A stretch of DNA of 63,992 nucleotides, the filler included, from Thraustochytrium aureum (taxonomy: Eukaryota): assembly GCA_012862495.1 (NCBI GenBank). It is 5 parts of 4 records of this genome, joined end to end, with 100 filler letters (N's around TTAATTAATTAA, not from the genome) between each part and the next. Parts side by side here need not be neighbours in the genome. Positions count along the whole stretch, not along the records: positions 1 to 26,601 come from BLSG01000121.1; positions 26,702 to 48,641 come from BLSG01000121.1; 3 more parts are not named here. One strand, given 5' to 3'. Positions 23,572 to 34,503 of this stretch are shown in pieces. Numbering within the stretch: the stretch's first letter is position 1; each line of letters starts with the position of its first letter. The translations under genes were made by a program, and so were the position numbers. A model generated the notes under the pieces. It ran no database searches, was not told the DNA's origin, and worked only from the letters and a program-made list of their open reading frames with translations.

Positions 23572-24767
23572 CACAGCTTCCGCTCCCGAGCAAGGCGCCT
23601 TCGACCCCATCGACATGCGCGAGCCAAACCGGCCGGGCATGCGCGGCCGCGAGCCAAACCCTACCCATCGACCCATCGCCTCCGCCTGGGTCATCGCCAC
23701 CACCTTGCTCGCCTCCGGCCGCCTGCCCCAGCAAGTTCCGCTCCGCCTTGGTCAGTTCCGCTCGGCCCCAGCTCCGCTCCGCCCCAGTTCCGCCCCCCTC
23801 CCGCCTCCCCTCGCCGCAGCACGGCCCAGCGAATGCGTTCCCACGCGCGGCCCCCTCGTAAAACGCTTGTGGCGGCGTAGCGTTCCCAGCGTTCCCACCC
23901 ACGAAAAAGCGGGAACGTGCGTGAACGCNNNNNNNNNNNNNNNNNNNNNNNNNNNNNNNNNNNNNNNNNNNNNNNNNNNNNNNNNNNNNNNNNNNNNNNN
24001 NNNNNNNNNNNNNNNNNNNNNNNNNNNNNNNNNNNNNNNNNNNNNNNNNNNNNNNNNNNNNNNNNNNNNNNNNNNNNNNNNNNNNNNNNNNNNNNNNNNN
24101 NNNNNNNNNNNNNNNNNNNNNNNNNNNNNNNNNNNNNNNNNNNNNNNNNNNNNNNNNNNNNNNNNNNNNNNNNNNNNNNNNNNNNNNNNNNNNNNNNNNN
24201 NNNNNNNNNNNNNNNNNNNNNNNNNNNNNNNNNNNNNNNNNNNNNNNNNNNNNNNNNNNNNNNNNNNNNNNNNNNNNNNNNNNNNNNNNNNNNNNNNNNN
24301 NNNNNNNNNNNNNNNNNNNNNNNNNNNNNNNNNNNNNNNNNNNNNNNNNNNNNNNNNNNNNNNNNNNNNNNNNNNNNNNNNNNNNNNNNNNNNNNNNNNN
24401 NNNNNNNNNNNNNNNNNNNNNNNNNNNNNNNNNNNNNNNNNNNNNNNNNNNNNNNNNNNNNNNNNNNNNNNNNNNNNNNNNNNNNNNNNNNNNNNNNNNN
24501 NNNNNNNNNNNNNNNNNNNNNNNNNNNNNNNNNNNNNNNNNNNNNNNNNNNNNNNNNNNNNNNNNNNNNNNNNNNNNNNNNNNNNNNNNNNNNNNNNNNN
24601 NNNNNNNNNNNNNNNNNNNNNNNNNNNNNNNNNNNNNNNNNNNNNNNNNNNNNNNNNNNNNNNNNNNNNNNNNNNNNNNNNNNNNNNNNNNNNNNNNNNN
24701 NNNNNNNNNNNNNNNNNNNNNNNNNNNNNNNNNNNNNNNNNNNNNNNNNNNNNNNNNNNNNNNNNNN

Positions 24768-25747
24768 AGAGCGATGCAAGGAGCGAGGCAGAGGCACGGG
24801 ACGCCGCTGCTGCGGCCGCAGCAGCCTCCAAGCACCTCTCAGAGCCTTCCAATGGTGACGCAAACAGCACAGAGCTCCACGACGACACCGAGTCGGACGA
24901 GGAGCCATGGGCAAGAATGCAACTCGATAAAATCACCGCGCGAGATGCCGCAGGCGTCGCTGCTCTCGCGAGCGCCGTCGTCCAGGCCAACAGTCAAGTA
25001 ATCGAGCCACTCGACGCGTCGGGGCCCGACCCGCACCGCGCGCGGCTCACGTCCTGCGAGGCGTCGTTGCCAACCGAGTTCGGCGCCGCGTCCAGTTCAA
25101 CCGCCGGCTCGCTTGCAGATCACCGGCCCTCGCAGCTTGACTCGGACATGCCCATCGAAGCGAGCGCCTCTGGCCCGAACGACGACGAGCACGGCGACGA
25201 ATTCCACACTAGTCTCTTCGAGAAACTCAAGCAGGAGCGCAAGCGCCTCGAGGCGTTCGCGAACCGCCTCAAAGGCGACGAAGACATGCTCACGCTTCAA
25301 GCGGAGCGTTTCCACGCTGAACGACTGCGCTTGCAGAGTGAGATCGAGTCGTTTGAAAACTTCAAGGGGCTCATCCTCGAACGGATCACTGCGCTGGAGC
25401 AGGGCGGCGAAGCGGACTCGGCCCTACCGCAGGACGCATCGCAGGACGCATCGCAGGGCGCATCGCAGGACGCATCGCAGGACGAGAGGAGCGGCGCTCT
25501 GGCAGACGAGGCTTCCGCCTCCACAAACCACTCCGCGAAGGGGCGCAGCTCGGACTCGAGCGACAAGACACATTCGAAGAGTGGCACTTCGAGCTCTAGC
25601 AGCGCTGCCGACAAGAAGAGCCCGCACGAGCGCGCCCGTGCGCGTTCCAGGTTAAGGAGCGCTGCAAAAGGGACGCGGTTGATTCCTTCCAACGGGGGTG
25701 CCGAACCCGCCAAGCAGGCGATTGTCAAGGCAAAGTCAGCTCTATGA
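24768..25747 (+). CDS. 3' part of low-complexity coiled-coil protein
   Basis: Long open frame with a heptad region (KLKQERKRLE...LEQ) and (QDAS)4 encoded by a 12-bp repeat at ~25431-25483. Confidence 0.6.
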
Positions 25748-25899
25748 AGCGCCTGGGGCCTGCGCATGTGGGGCCTGCGCATGTGCTCGGTTGCTGGGAC
25801 CGTAAGGACAAGACCGACGCGACTTGTTTGAGCTGTACCTGCATCAGTTGGTCAACAGAAAAATTACTCTATTGCTTTTCTCTCAGGAATGCCCACCGG

Positions 25900-26601
25900 C
25901 TAAACCATTCGGTCTTGGTCACTGAATGTGACCCGTGCCCCGTAGCTAGGCTGCGGAGCTCGCCCATCTGCTACTGTGACAAACCCAAACGTCGCTGACG
26001 TGTCCTCTGCCTTGGGCGCCCAGAGCAACGTTGGAAGGACGGTCCAGAACGACCTGGAGCTTTCCATCGAGCTTCTGCGCGAGCCCACGTCCAAGGCCGT
26101 GCTTGGTGGTAAAGAGCGGTCGTCGCCAAGCCTTGGGCTCATAGTAGCCAAACCGGTAGAGCCCGAAATGCGCCACGTGCTTCCAGAATAGTGGCGATCT
26201 CGAGCTTGCCTTTTTTCGATGTCTTCCTGGTGCCCCTTCGCCCGAGTCCACACAACTGCGCCAAGCACCAACACCACTGCGGAAATTGCGCTGCCCAGGG
26301 CGATGGGGAAAACGTTTAAAGGTTCCTCAGGCGGCGCTCCCGGCTCGCTTGACCCGTCGGAGGCTTGCACGATTCGAAGTGCGCGCACCGCCGAGGTCTT
26401 GAGGACCTCGCCGCTAGCCACTCTAGCCTCCGTGTCCGCAGATACGCCAACGCGAACCTCCCAGAGCGGGGGGCCGCGCGGTTGCGCCTCCTCCACCATT
26501 TCGACGCGGAGCGAGTCGCAGCCTTCGCCAACGCAAACATGGACGTCGTAGGTGCCGGCGGTAATGTTGCTCGCCGGGCGGAATGCCACGACGTCCCGAG
26601 C
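25900..26601 (-). CDS. 3' fragment of single-pass membrane protein
   Basis: Open frame from the contig edge with one TM (IALGSAISAVVLVLGAVVW). Confidence 0.5.
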   Translation of the reverse strand, partial: ARDVVAFRPASNITAGTYDVHVCVGEGCDSLRVEMVEEAQPRGPPLWEVRVGVSADTEARVASGEVLKTSAVRALRIVQASDGSSEPGAPPEEPLNVFPIALGSAISAVVLVLGAVVWTRAKGHQEDIEKRQARDRHYSGSTWRISGSTGLATMSPRLGDDRSLPPSTALDVGSRRSSMESSRSFWTVLPTLLWAPKAEDTSATFGFVTVADGRAPQPSYGARVTFSDQDRMV

Positions 26602-26701
26602 NNNNNNNNNNNNNNNNNNNNNNNNNNNNNNNNNNNNNNNNNNNNTTAATTAATTAANNNNNNNNNNNNNNNNNNNNNNNNNNNNNNNNNNNNNNNNNNN
26701 N
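26602..26701. other. Artificial contig-joining spacer N44-TTAATTAATTAA-N44
   Basis: Exactly 100 nt with stops in all six frames; identical at four sites. Confidence 0.97.
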
Positions 26702-26858
26702 GCGTCTTTTCCGAGCCGTAGTTCTTCAACCCTGGACCATCGAAAAGCCCAGCTGGGTCGCGCAACATGGACGATGATCCTGCGACGCGCCGGGCCCACC
26801 TTGTCCTCAGGAGCACGCGGGTGCAGCCGGCTGCATGCCTCGAGAGCTGCCACCCGCC

Positions 26859-29800
26859 TCACAGCGCCAGCGTGACCTTGCAGAACGGGCACTTGCACCC
26901 GTTGGAGAGGCAGGCCGTTTCTAGGTCCTCCTCGTGGTAGAAGGCGTGGCACTGGGGGCACTTGAGCACCTTGACGTCTGGAATGATGTTCTTGAAGAAT
27001 TGCCAGCGGCGAGCAGGCGACGCCCAGCGCACGACGAAAACCTCGTCGAGACTCATTTGCTTGAGCACCTGGCCAGGCACCGACATTGGCTCGTACACGC
27101 GCTTGCCGCGCTGCGAAAAGTCGCAGCCAAGCATGTAGGTTGAGAATGCATCCGCGTTCGGGTCGGCGTGGGGCTCGTCAAAGCTCACGCGATCATAGCC
27201 CTTGGCCTCGCCCTGCTCGTCCACAGGGCCGCCAGCAGCCGGCTCAGAGCGCAGCAAGCTGTAGGCCTCTTCATCGGAAAGCCCGTCCGCGGGGCAAAAC
27301 TCCACGAGGGGCAGGAGGTCAAACGACCGCATCGACCGGACGAAGGGGTGGCCACACTGCACGCACGAGTCAGAGCAATCCGCCCCGGCGGAGATGAGCG
27401 GGTTTGTGGTCGAGCACCGATAACACACAAAAGTGGTGCTCCTCGCGGTCCGAGTACGGCTTGCTCTGGATGAGGAGCGTCTCCAGGTCGATCTGCGCAA
27501 GCCAGCCCTCCGGGACGCGAAGGAGACCAAGCTTGTCGAACGCGTGGCGGGCCAGCTTGAAGGCTTCGAACTGCTCACCCTGCTTGCCCACGGCCCACAA
27601 CACGGCGGCGCGCGAGATCCCGAACGGCGCCTCGGGGCCCATGATGTTGATGAGGAAGCGGCCCGCGTTAAAAACCGACTCTGGCTCAAGGCTGCTGAAC
27701 GGCTCGTCCGTGTACTTTGAGATACCGCGTAGGCAAAGTAGGCACGCGCCAGCTGGAGGAAGTGCTTGGCGTCTGCAAGGTTGGCGCGGTCTCGGGCGCC
27801 GCGCTCGTTCTTCCCCGTCGCGAGGCCGAGCTTCTCCTCCGAGACCAACCACAAGTAATAGGCTGCGTCGTCGTAGCGCTGCTCGACGATTGCGCTTTGC
27901 GAGAGCTCCTTGAGCATCTGCATGGAGCGCTCGGGACGCTTGGCCCGCTTAAAGGCGGCCTGCGCCTCGTCAAAGCGGTCGTTCTCTGCAAGCCACTGCG
28001 CGTACGGCAGGTACACGTCCTCAGCGTACTTGCCGCCGTGCTGCTCGGAGAGCAAGAAAGCCTCGTCCCACTTGCAGAGTTCCACGTGGAGGCGCATGAG
28101 CGACTGAATGTCCCCCATTTTAAGGTACACCTCCTTGGCGTACTGGTGGTGGCCGTACTCGCGAAAGTAGTCGGCGCACTTGCGCAGCGCGGCGACTTCA
28201 TTCTTGTCCACCACGCGGGCAACCTCGATAAGCTCGTCCAGGCAGCCATTCTCGCCCACAATCTCAATCGCGCGGTCGAACTGACCAGCCGCAGAGTACA
28301 TGTCGCTCGCAAGCTTCCAGTTGCCCGTTTCTTCGGCCCACTCGGCCTGCCGCTGGATAAGCTGTCGAACGTCAACGTTGCCAGAGTTGGCAGCGAACAC
28401 CTTGGCCTCCTCCCACTGTCGTAGGTCGCTGAACATGTCTACGGCTAACTCGACGCGGCCAGACTTGGCAAAGAGCTTTGCGGCCTCTTGGAAACGGCCC
28501 TGATAGGCCAGTATTTTCGCCAGGTGCAAGCCTTGCTGCACCTTTTCTGCTTCCTTGCTTTGTGAGTCGGCAGCCTCCTCGGCAGCTGCGGGTCGCGGCC
28601 GGCGCCGCTCCTGCTCGATCGAGTTGATCAACTCGATGTACTTGAGATCGCGCACGCGGATGAACGCTTTGCGGGCGGTCTCGAGCTCCATGTCTTGCAG
28701 CGCCGTGAGCGCGAGGAAGCGCCAGTCCGACTCGGTCACCCCCAGGCAGGCCACCTTGTAGGCCTTGGCGTAGTCCTTCGCTTCGAGGTACCGGTAGAGA
28801 CTGGCGCTCTGCGGGACGTCGATGGTCTCCATGCAGAGCGCTTGCAAGCTAAACACCTTAGACCCCTTGAACCCGACCACAATGCCTTGCATGGGCTGCT
28901 GGTGCACTGGAAACTCGCCCGTTTTGATCGAGAGGGTGCCGTCGCCGGAGAAGCAGAGGGTGTCCTCTTGCTCGGTGTTCCAAGCCACGCTCCAGGCCCC
29001 CTTTTCGCTAAAGATCTCCTCCTGCGTCTCCAGGTCGTAGACCACGCAGTCGCTCTTGCTGTCGACGACGGCGAGCTTGGTGCGCGAGAGACTCAGGTCG
29101 AGGCAGCGGATCGTGTCGCGGTGCTTGATGAGCTGGATCGGGAAGGGGTTGTCGACAAAGAGGCGCAGCACGGTGCCGTCCTTGAGCCCCACGAGGAGCC
29201 CTTCGCGGCCCGGTGGGCCGCCGACCACCTTCATGTAGCGGATCACGCTCTCCATGACCCACTCCTTTTGCTTGACGCCAGCAAAGTCGAACATTTGCAC
29301 CTTGCGCTCGTGGCAGAGGATGACGTGCAGAGAAGTGACGACCAGCAGGTTGCACTCGAGCTTTTGGTGGATCTTGTCCCGCACGCGGTAACGGAGGTCG
29401 AACGGGTCCACCTCGTTGGTGAGCTCGTAGATGACGATCTTGTCCGGCTGCTGCACCGCAAGCCTGTTCTTGAACAGCGCCACCTTCTTCACGTAGTCGC
29501 GCGACTTGATGCGCACCTTTTGCTCGCTCACAAGATGTTGCACCACAACGTCGGTCATGCCCTCCGTGTAGGCAAACCTGTCCTGGTACAGGCCGTTGAT
29601 GGGGCTGAAGCGCACCTGGTGAACCGCAATCGTGCCGCTGTTGCTCCCGGTTGCCACGAAAGGCTGACCGGGTCTGCCCTTGGCTGCCCAGCACCAGTCG
29701 TCCGTGTCGGCCAGCGCGCAGAGCTTGATGCCCTCCTTGCTGTAGAGCGTAACTTTGCGGTCCGACCCGCCAACCAGCAAGTACTTGCCCCCGTCAAAGT

Positions 29801-30491
29801 AGGACACCGAGCAGGGGTCAAAGTCGAGCTTGCGGTCCTTCCCAAGCTGAACGCCGCTCAGCTGGTAGAACGACAGCGTCCCGTCCCAGCACCCGACGGC
29901 CAAGACCGGGACCTGCTCCGCTGGCGAGGGGTTCCACGCGATCGACCAGACCGGGGCGTTGCGCTCGACGCTCACCTTTTCCTGGCCCGTTTGGTCGCGA
30001 ACGCTTACCTGCCCATTGTAGAGACCAAGCGCAAGGTACTGGCCGTCGTGGGTCCAGTCGCAGCAGAGGATGCGCGCATTCACCCGCGTCCGCGTCACCG
30101 ACTTTTCTTCTGGCACACAGAGCCCAAAGTCGTTGGCCGTGCACGAGGCAAGTTGCTTGGTAACTGGGTTGAACTTTAGCTTTTGCACGGTGTCGTTGTG
30201 GCTGTACTTGAGCACGCCTTCCGCTTTGTTGGTCCAGATAATCACCGTCGAGTCTGCTCCGCCAGACGCAAAGTTTTCCCCGTCGCCAGAATAGTCCACA
30301 GCATATACGACGTCCTTGTGTGACTTGAGCGAGTGCACCAGATCGCCAGTCGAGGCCTGGTACACCAGCACGCGGCTTCCCGCAGCAGCCACAATCTTGC
30401 TCCCGTCCGGGCTAAACGCGAGGTCCCACACCGTCGACTTCTGACCATCTCGTTCAGGCACGGTATCCGCCCAGCACTCTGAAACCTTCAT
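26859..30491 (-). CDS. IFT122: Intraflagellar transport protein 122 (IFT-A); two compensating frameshifts ~27725 and ~27430
   Basis: N-terminal WD40s, KAY.VACLGVTESDWR.LA..AL......ARKAFIRVRD, DMFSDLR, TPR region and C-terminal CYRCSTTNPL/CVQC zinc ribbons. The true sequence between the shifts (YTDEPF..KPYSDREE) lies in ORF 27370..27852. Confidence 0.96.
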   Translation of the reverse strand: MKVSECWADTVPERDGQKSTVWDLAFSPDGSKIVAAAGSRVLVYQASTGDLVHSLKSHKDVVYAVDYSGDGENFASGGADSTVIIWTNKAEGVLKYSHNDTVQKLKFNPVTKQLASCTANDFGLCVPEEKSVTRTRVNARILCCDWTHDGQYLALGLYNGQVSVRDQTGQEKVSVERNAPVWSIAWNPSPAEQVPVLAVGCWDGTLSFYQLSGVQLGKDRKLDFDPCSVSYFDGGKYLLVGGSDRKVTLYSKEGIKLCALADTDDWCWAAKGRPGQPFVATGSNSGTIAVHQVRFSPINGLYQDRFAYTEGMTDVVVQHLVSEQKVRIKSRDYVKKVALFKNRLAVQQPDKIVIYELTNEVDPFDLRYRVRDKIHQKLECNLLVVTSLHVILCHERKVQMFDFAGVKQKEWVMESVIRYMKVVGGPPGREGLLVGLKDGTVLRLFVDNPFPIQLIKHRDTIRCLDLSLSRTKLAVVDSKSDCVVYDLETQEEIFSEKGAWSVAWNTEQEDTLCFSGDGTLSIKTGEFPVHQQPMQGIVVGFKGSKVFSLQALCMETIDVPQSASLYRYLEAKDYAKAYKVACLGVTESDWRFLALTALQDMELETARKAFIRVRDLKYIELINSIEQERRRPRPAAAEEAADSQSKEAEKVQQGLHLAKILAYQGRFQEAAKLFAKSGRVELAVDMFSDLRQWEEAKVFAANSGNVDVRQLIQRQAEWAEETGNWKLASDMYSAAGQFDRAIEIVGENGCLDELIEVARVVDKNEVAALRKCADYFREYGHHQYAKEVYLKMGDIQSLMRLHVELCKWDEAFLLSEQHGGKYAEDVYLPYAQWLAENDRFDEAQAAFKRAKRPERSMQMLKELSQSAIVEQRYDDAAYYLWLVSEEKLGLATGKNERGARDRANLADAKHFLQLARAYFAYAVSQSTRTSRSAALSQSRFLTRAASSSTSWAPRRRSGSRAPPCCGPWASRVSSSKPSSWPATRSTSLVSFASRRAGLRRSTWRRSSSRASRTRTARSTTFVCYRCSTTNPLISAGADCSDSCVQCGHPFVRSMRSFDLLPLVEFCPADGLSDEEAYSLLRSEPAAGGPVDEQGEAKGYDRVSFDEPHADPNADAFSTYMLGCDFSQRGKRVYEPMSVPGQVLKQMSLDEVFVVRWASPARRWQFFKNIIPDVKVLKCPQCHAFYHEEDLETACLSNGCKCPFCKVTLAL

Positions 30492-30847
30492 CCTCCCAGC
30501 GCCTCACTCGCTCACGTGACAGCCCGAGCGCACGTTGGGGCAAGCAAGATCGCCTGACCACGACACGAAACCTGCGAGCCAAACGCCGCCGGCCTGAATC
30601 ACGAGCCCTCTCGACCACCGCGTCTTCACACGCGCGGGCACGCACGCCGCACGCACGCACGCACCTATCCACCCACCCGCCTGCCTGCCTGCCCGCCCGC
30701 CTGCCTCTGCCTGCTCGCCTGCCCTCCGAGCGCGCAGGTCTGTTCCGTGTCTGCGAGCTGCCGGTCGCTTGACCGTTACGGGCGCGATTTTGTCGGAGTG
30801 CAGTTCGCGGCGTGCAGCCCTCTCGACATGCTGGGCTCGGCCGCAGC

Positions 30848-30922
30848 TCGAGTTCTGGCAGACCGGCGTGGCGCGAGGAGCAAGGTCGAGTTCTGGCAGA
30901 CCGGCGTGGCGCGGGAGCAAGC
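30848..30922. repeat. Direct repeat ~38 bp x2
   Basis: TCGAGTTCTGGCAGACCGGCGTGGCGCG(A)GGAGCAAG occurs twice. Confidence 0.85.
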
Positions 30923-31236
30923 GAGCCTGTCTTTCTTGTCAATCAGTATAGCGTTGCCACTGGGGGCTTGGGCGTACCTACGTTATTGGCTGGCGNNNNN
31001 NNNNNNNNNNNNNNNNNNNNNNNNNNNNNNNNNNNNNNNNNNNNNNNNNNNNNNNNNNNNNNNNNNNNNNNNNNNNNNNNNNNNNNNNNNNNNNNNNNNN
31101 NNNNNNNNNNNNNNNNNNNNNNNNNNNNNNNNNNNNNNNNNNNNNNNNNNNNNNNNNNNNNNNNNNNNNNNNNNNNNNNNNNNNNNNNNTATTGGCTGGC
31201 GCGACTGGGCGAAGCGAACACCACCCAGCTCCGGTC

Positions 31237-34101
31237 TCAGATGGACGAGACCACGTCCATCTTGTCGTAGCCGTTCTTGTCCTTCTTCCTCGTGAGCTCG
31301 AGGAAGGAGATCCGGTCGCGTTGGCGCCGCAAGGCAGCGCAAAAGATGGCGCTGGTGACCAGAATGGCGAGGATGACAAAGAAAACGACCGCCCCGCCAG
31401 TCTGGCCCGCCGAGAGCTTGGTCTCCGACCACGGGCAGCGCTTGACCCAACGGATGGTGACCACGTCATTGGTATTGCCGTAAACAGGGAGCTGCAGCGT
31501 GATGATGGCATCGCCACTGCTTGCGCAGACGTGGTCCACAACGAGGAATACCGGGTCGTCCCGCGCAACCTCAAAGGCGCCAAACTGATCCTCCATAATC
31601 ATCGGGTTCTTCTTTGCAGCGGAAGCGTTGCCGATCACCTTGCCAATGCTGTGAGACATGGCGTTGAGCTGCTTGGACAAGAGGGCCGACTCGCCAAACT
31701 CTTCGATGAAATCGTCGCGACCCATGTTGAACAGCGTCTCCATCTCGCCGATGTTTCGAAGCGAGACCTGCACGTTGGTGTTGCTCGTGGTCAGGATCGG
31801 CTCGTGAAAGCGCAGGCCCACGTGGTCGCGCTGCTCGTCATCACGCGCATGGCGCACGCGCGGTTTGTAGAGCGAGATGGCGAGTGTTGGTTGGGTGGGC
31901 AGCACGCCGTACAATTTGGACAAGTTGGCCTCGTCGGTCCCCAGGTCGCCAAAGAGGCCAGACACCTTTCCCGCCTGAATGACCTGCGTGCGGCGGTAGA
32001 CTTTGGACATCCCCGAATCCTTTGCACGTTTCGCCTTCTCCACGGCGCTGCCGGCCTCGAAAAGGACGGGGTCAATCGTCTCGCCGAAGAGCAACGTGAT
32101 CGGCGTCACCGCGCAGACCTTGCGCCAATAGAACGAGATGCGGTGGACCTTGTGCGCGTCGCCGACGGCTTGAATCGACCCGTCCTCGCTCTGGCGCACC
32201 ACGTCGACGAGCATGTCGAGGCCGATGCGCGCTGAACCGGACTTGCGGCAGTTGTAGTGCACCGCAATCGGGAGGCTCTCCGATGTGATGATGCCTCCAT
32301 GCGCACCGTGGCCGCTCAGCATCGGGTTCATCATGCCGTTGCGCTGATCGTCACGCGAGACAATGCGGACTTTGAGCAGGCGGATGAGCTCGTCGTTTTT
32401 CTCCTTCTCTCGCGTCTCCTCAACGACCTCGCTGAGCTTGACATAAAAGGCGGTGGACATCTCCTCCGGTGCCGCCATGAGGCTGAGCCCGTCCCAGGTG
32501 AACGGCTCGGACGTGATGCCATTGATCACTGGGTAAAATGAGGGCTCCTCGACGCCGTACATGCCCAGGTGGACGTTGAAGCCCATCAGGTCGATCGTGT
32601 CTGGCGCGATCTGGCCCGCACTGCAGACTTTGAGCCAGCTCATGCGCACCATCTCTGGTGCCGGCGCAATCTGGCCCTCCTTTGGGCGCACCGTGAACTT
32701 GAGAATCACAATGGCCAGGCCGTCCCGAATACAGTTGTAGTTGAGGACGAGCGGCTTGCCGCCGTGCATGCCCAGGACGCCGGCCTGCGCAAACCCAAGT
32801 AGCTTCTTCTCGCCAAACTCCTTGCGGTGCACGATGTTGAGGTTCCCGCGCTTGGTCTTGCGCCACACCTCGCCGGTGAGCGAGGGCGCACAAACCACGG
32901 TCGGCGTCTTGAGGTTGCCTTTTGACGTCGGTTCGTCGATCTTGGTCGGAGCGACAATGTTGCGGTCCGCAGGGAGTGTGTTTTCGGTGGAGGCCCTGTC
33001 CACGCCGTTGTCGTATGGGTCCTCCTCGTCGTCGTCGTCGTCGTCGTCGCCGTCCTCGGCATCCGCAGCATAAAAGGCGTCATCTTTCTTCTCCTCCTCC
33101 GTGAGAGAAGCGTACTCTCTCGCGACCTCTGCCAGCTCAGGGCTCTTCTTGGCGATTACCTTGAGCAACTCGGGCGGGGCGTCAAAGGCTTCGACCGTCG
33201 GGCGGCCAACGAGCTGGAACCGCGAGTGGATCGTGTGAAAGTAGAACACGTCGGAGCCGTCTTCCTTGGAGGCGATGAACGAGTCGCCGCGCAGGTCGTG
33301 CACGTTGAACGCAGACGACACCTTGCCCTGGTGCAGGGCTACCTCGCCACGCCTGGTGGAGATGATTAAATCCTTGGTGTTGCTCATGTGGCACACCTTT
33401 GTCACTTTGAACGATATCGTCGGCGCGGTCTCGCGCAAAATATCGATTGCGATCTGCGCCTTGCCGTCCGCTTCGCAGACCAGCTCCAGTTCCACCGTTG
33501 TCGTCACATCCTGCTTGACCACGAGCTTGACCATCGGGATAGCCGTGGGGTTGAGCGTGGTCGCCTTCACCTTGATATCTTGCTCGAAATACGGGGTGAT
33601 CTTGGCGCGCGTCCCGTGCCACAGATCGAAAGCAAAAAAGTCGAGGTGCTCTGGGACCAAGATCCGCCCTTCAGCCCAGTCCTTGTCAACTTTGGCATTT
33701 TCTGCGATAACGACGGGAGGGAACACGACGGAGGCGGTGTCGTCGCCCTCAAACGGGTCCACGAAGAAGTCAAGAAAACTCTCGTCGGCGCTCACGACCA
33801 CGGCTGCGACCTTGCGCTCGCGCGCTTTCGTATTCTCCTCCGTTGGCGCCTTGGTGTTCGGCGCAGCCATGGTGGCCGGCTTGGTCAGCGCCTGCGTCGG
33901 CGCGAGGGTTGGGTTCGTCGGCGTCGTTTGCGTCGTTGGGGTTGACACTGTCGCCGAGGCGTTGCCGGGCGCGGCCACGCCAGCGCCAGTTTCTGAGACC
34001 GGCCGGCTTCCTCCGGCGGCGGCGGCGCTCCCGTCCTGCGCGGCCGCAGTGGCGGCCAGAAGCGAGGCGAGCACAACACAGAGTCTGGTTGAGGCTTTCA
34101 T
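31237..34101 (-). CDS. Uncharacterised 954-aa type I membrane protein with four Cys-bracketed extracellular modules
   Basis: Signal peptide, T/P-rich stalk, 4x C-x3-G...[W/T]-x-K-x-C, single TM near the C-terminus, short tail with YDKM. Confidence 0.85.
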   Translation of the reverse strand: MKASTRLCVVLASLLAATAAAQDGSAAAAGGSRPVSETGAGVAAPGNASATVSTPTTQTTPTNPTLAPTQALTKPATMAAPNTKAPTEENTKARERKVAAVVVSADESFLDFFVDPFEGDDTASVVFPPVVIAENAKVDKDWAEGRILVPEHLDFFAFDLWHGTRAKITPYFEQDIKVKATTLNPTAIPMVKLVVKQDVTTTVELELVCEADGKAQIAIDILRETAPTISFKVTKVCHMSNTKDLIISTRRGEVALHQGKVSSAFNVHDLRGDSFIASKEDGSDVFYFHTIHSRFQLVGRPTVEAFDAPPELLKVIAKKSPELAEVAREYASLTEEEKKDDAFYAADAEDGDDDDDDDEEDPYDNGVDRASTENTLPADRNIVAPTKIDEPTSKGNLKTPTVVCAPSLTGEVWRKTKRGNLNIVHRKEFGEKKLLGFAQAGVLGMHGGKPLVLNYNCIRDGLAIVILKFTVRPKEGQIAPAPEMVRMSWLKVCSAGQIAPDTIDLMGFNVHLGMYGVEEPSFYPVINGITSEPFTWDGLSLMAAPEEMSTAFYVKLSEVVEETREKEKNDELIRLLKVRIVSRDDQRNGMMNPMLSGHGAHGGIITSESLPIAVHYNCRKSGSARIGLDMLVDVVRQSEDGSIQAVGDAHKVHRISFYWRKVCAVTPITLLFGETIDPVLFEAGSAVEKAKRAKDSGMSKVYRRTQVIQAGKVSGLFGDLGTDEANLSKLYGVLPTQPTLAISLYKPRVRHARDDEQRDHVGLRFHEPILTTSNTNVQVSLRNIGEMETLFNMGRDDFIEEFGESALLSKQLNAMSHSIGKVIGNASAAKKNPMIMEDQFGAFEVARDDPVFLVVDHVCASSGDAIITLQLPVYGNTNDVVTIRWVKRCPWSETKLSAGQTGGAVVFFVILAILVTSAIFCAALRRQRDRISFLELTRKKDKNGYDKMDVVSSI

Positions 34102-34503
34102 CGTTTCGATTCAGTGCCAGCCTCGGCCGCGCTCTTCGGCCGCCGTCTCCTCTCTTCCTCTCCTGCCCTCGATGCTGTGCTTGCCAGTCCCCGCCCCTGC
34201 CTTTGCGCGGGGGTCTGTGTCTGTGCCCGTGCGCTTGCTTCCGTCTGTTGCTCGCGCTGCCTGCGCGTCCTCGTTGTTCTGGGTCTGATGGTGGAACGCA
34301 GTTCAGATCACATGCACCGACGAGGCAGGAGGATTCGATGGTGGCTGGCTGGTCCAGGGGTCGAGCGAGGGGGATCGAGCGAGGCTCTAGAAAGAAAAGA
34401 AAAAAAGAGGACTCGAGATGTTCTTCGTTGTTTCGGGCGCGGCCTTGCGGGACACAGACAACGAACGCGGCGCGGGCGGCAAGATTAACAACACGAGCGG
34501 GCC

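Noticed and set aside
26646..26657. Recurrent TTAATTAATTAA palindrome (also 48686, 60630, 61827) as a piggyBac-like target or regulatory element
   Set aside because: It is always centred in exactly 44+44 Ns, so it is a six-frame-stop linker added during scaffold concatenation.
6208..30491. GAS8 and IFT122 as a ciliary gene cluster
   Set aside because: They are about 19 kb apart, separated by unrelated genes and an artificial linker. They indicate only a flagellated stage.
30984..31201. TATTGGCTGGCG on both sides of an N gap, resembling a target-site duplication
   Set aside because: More simply explained by overlapping contig ends around a spurious gap; no element sequence is visible.
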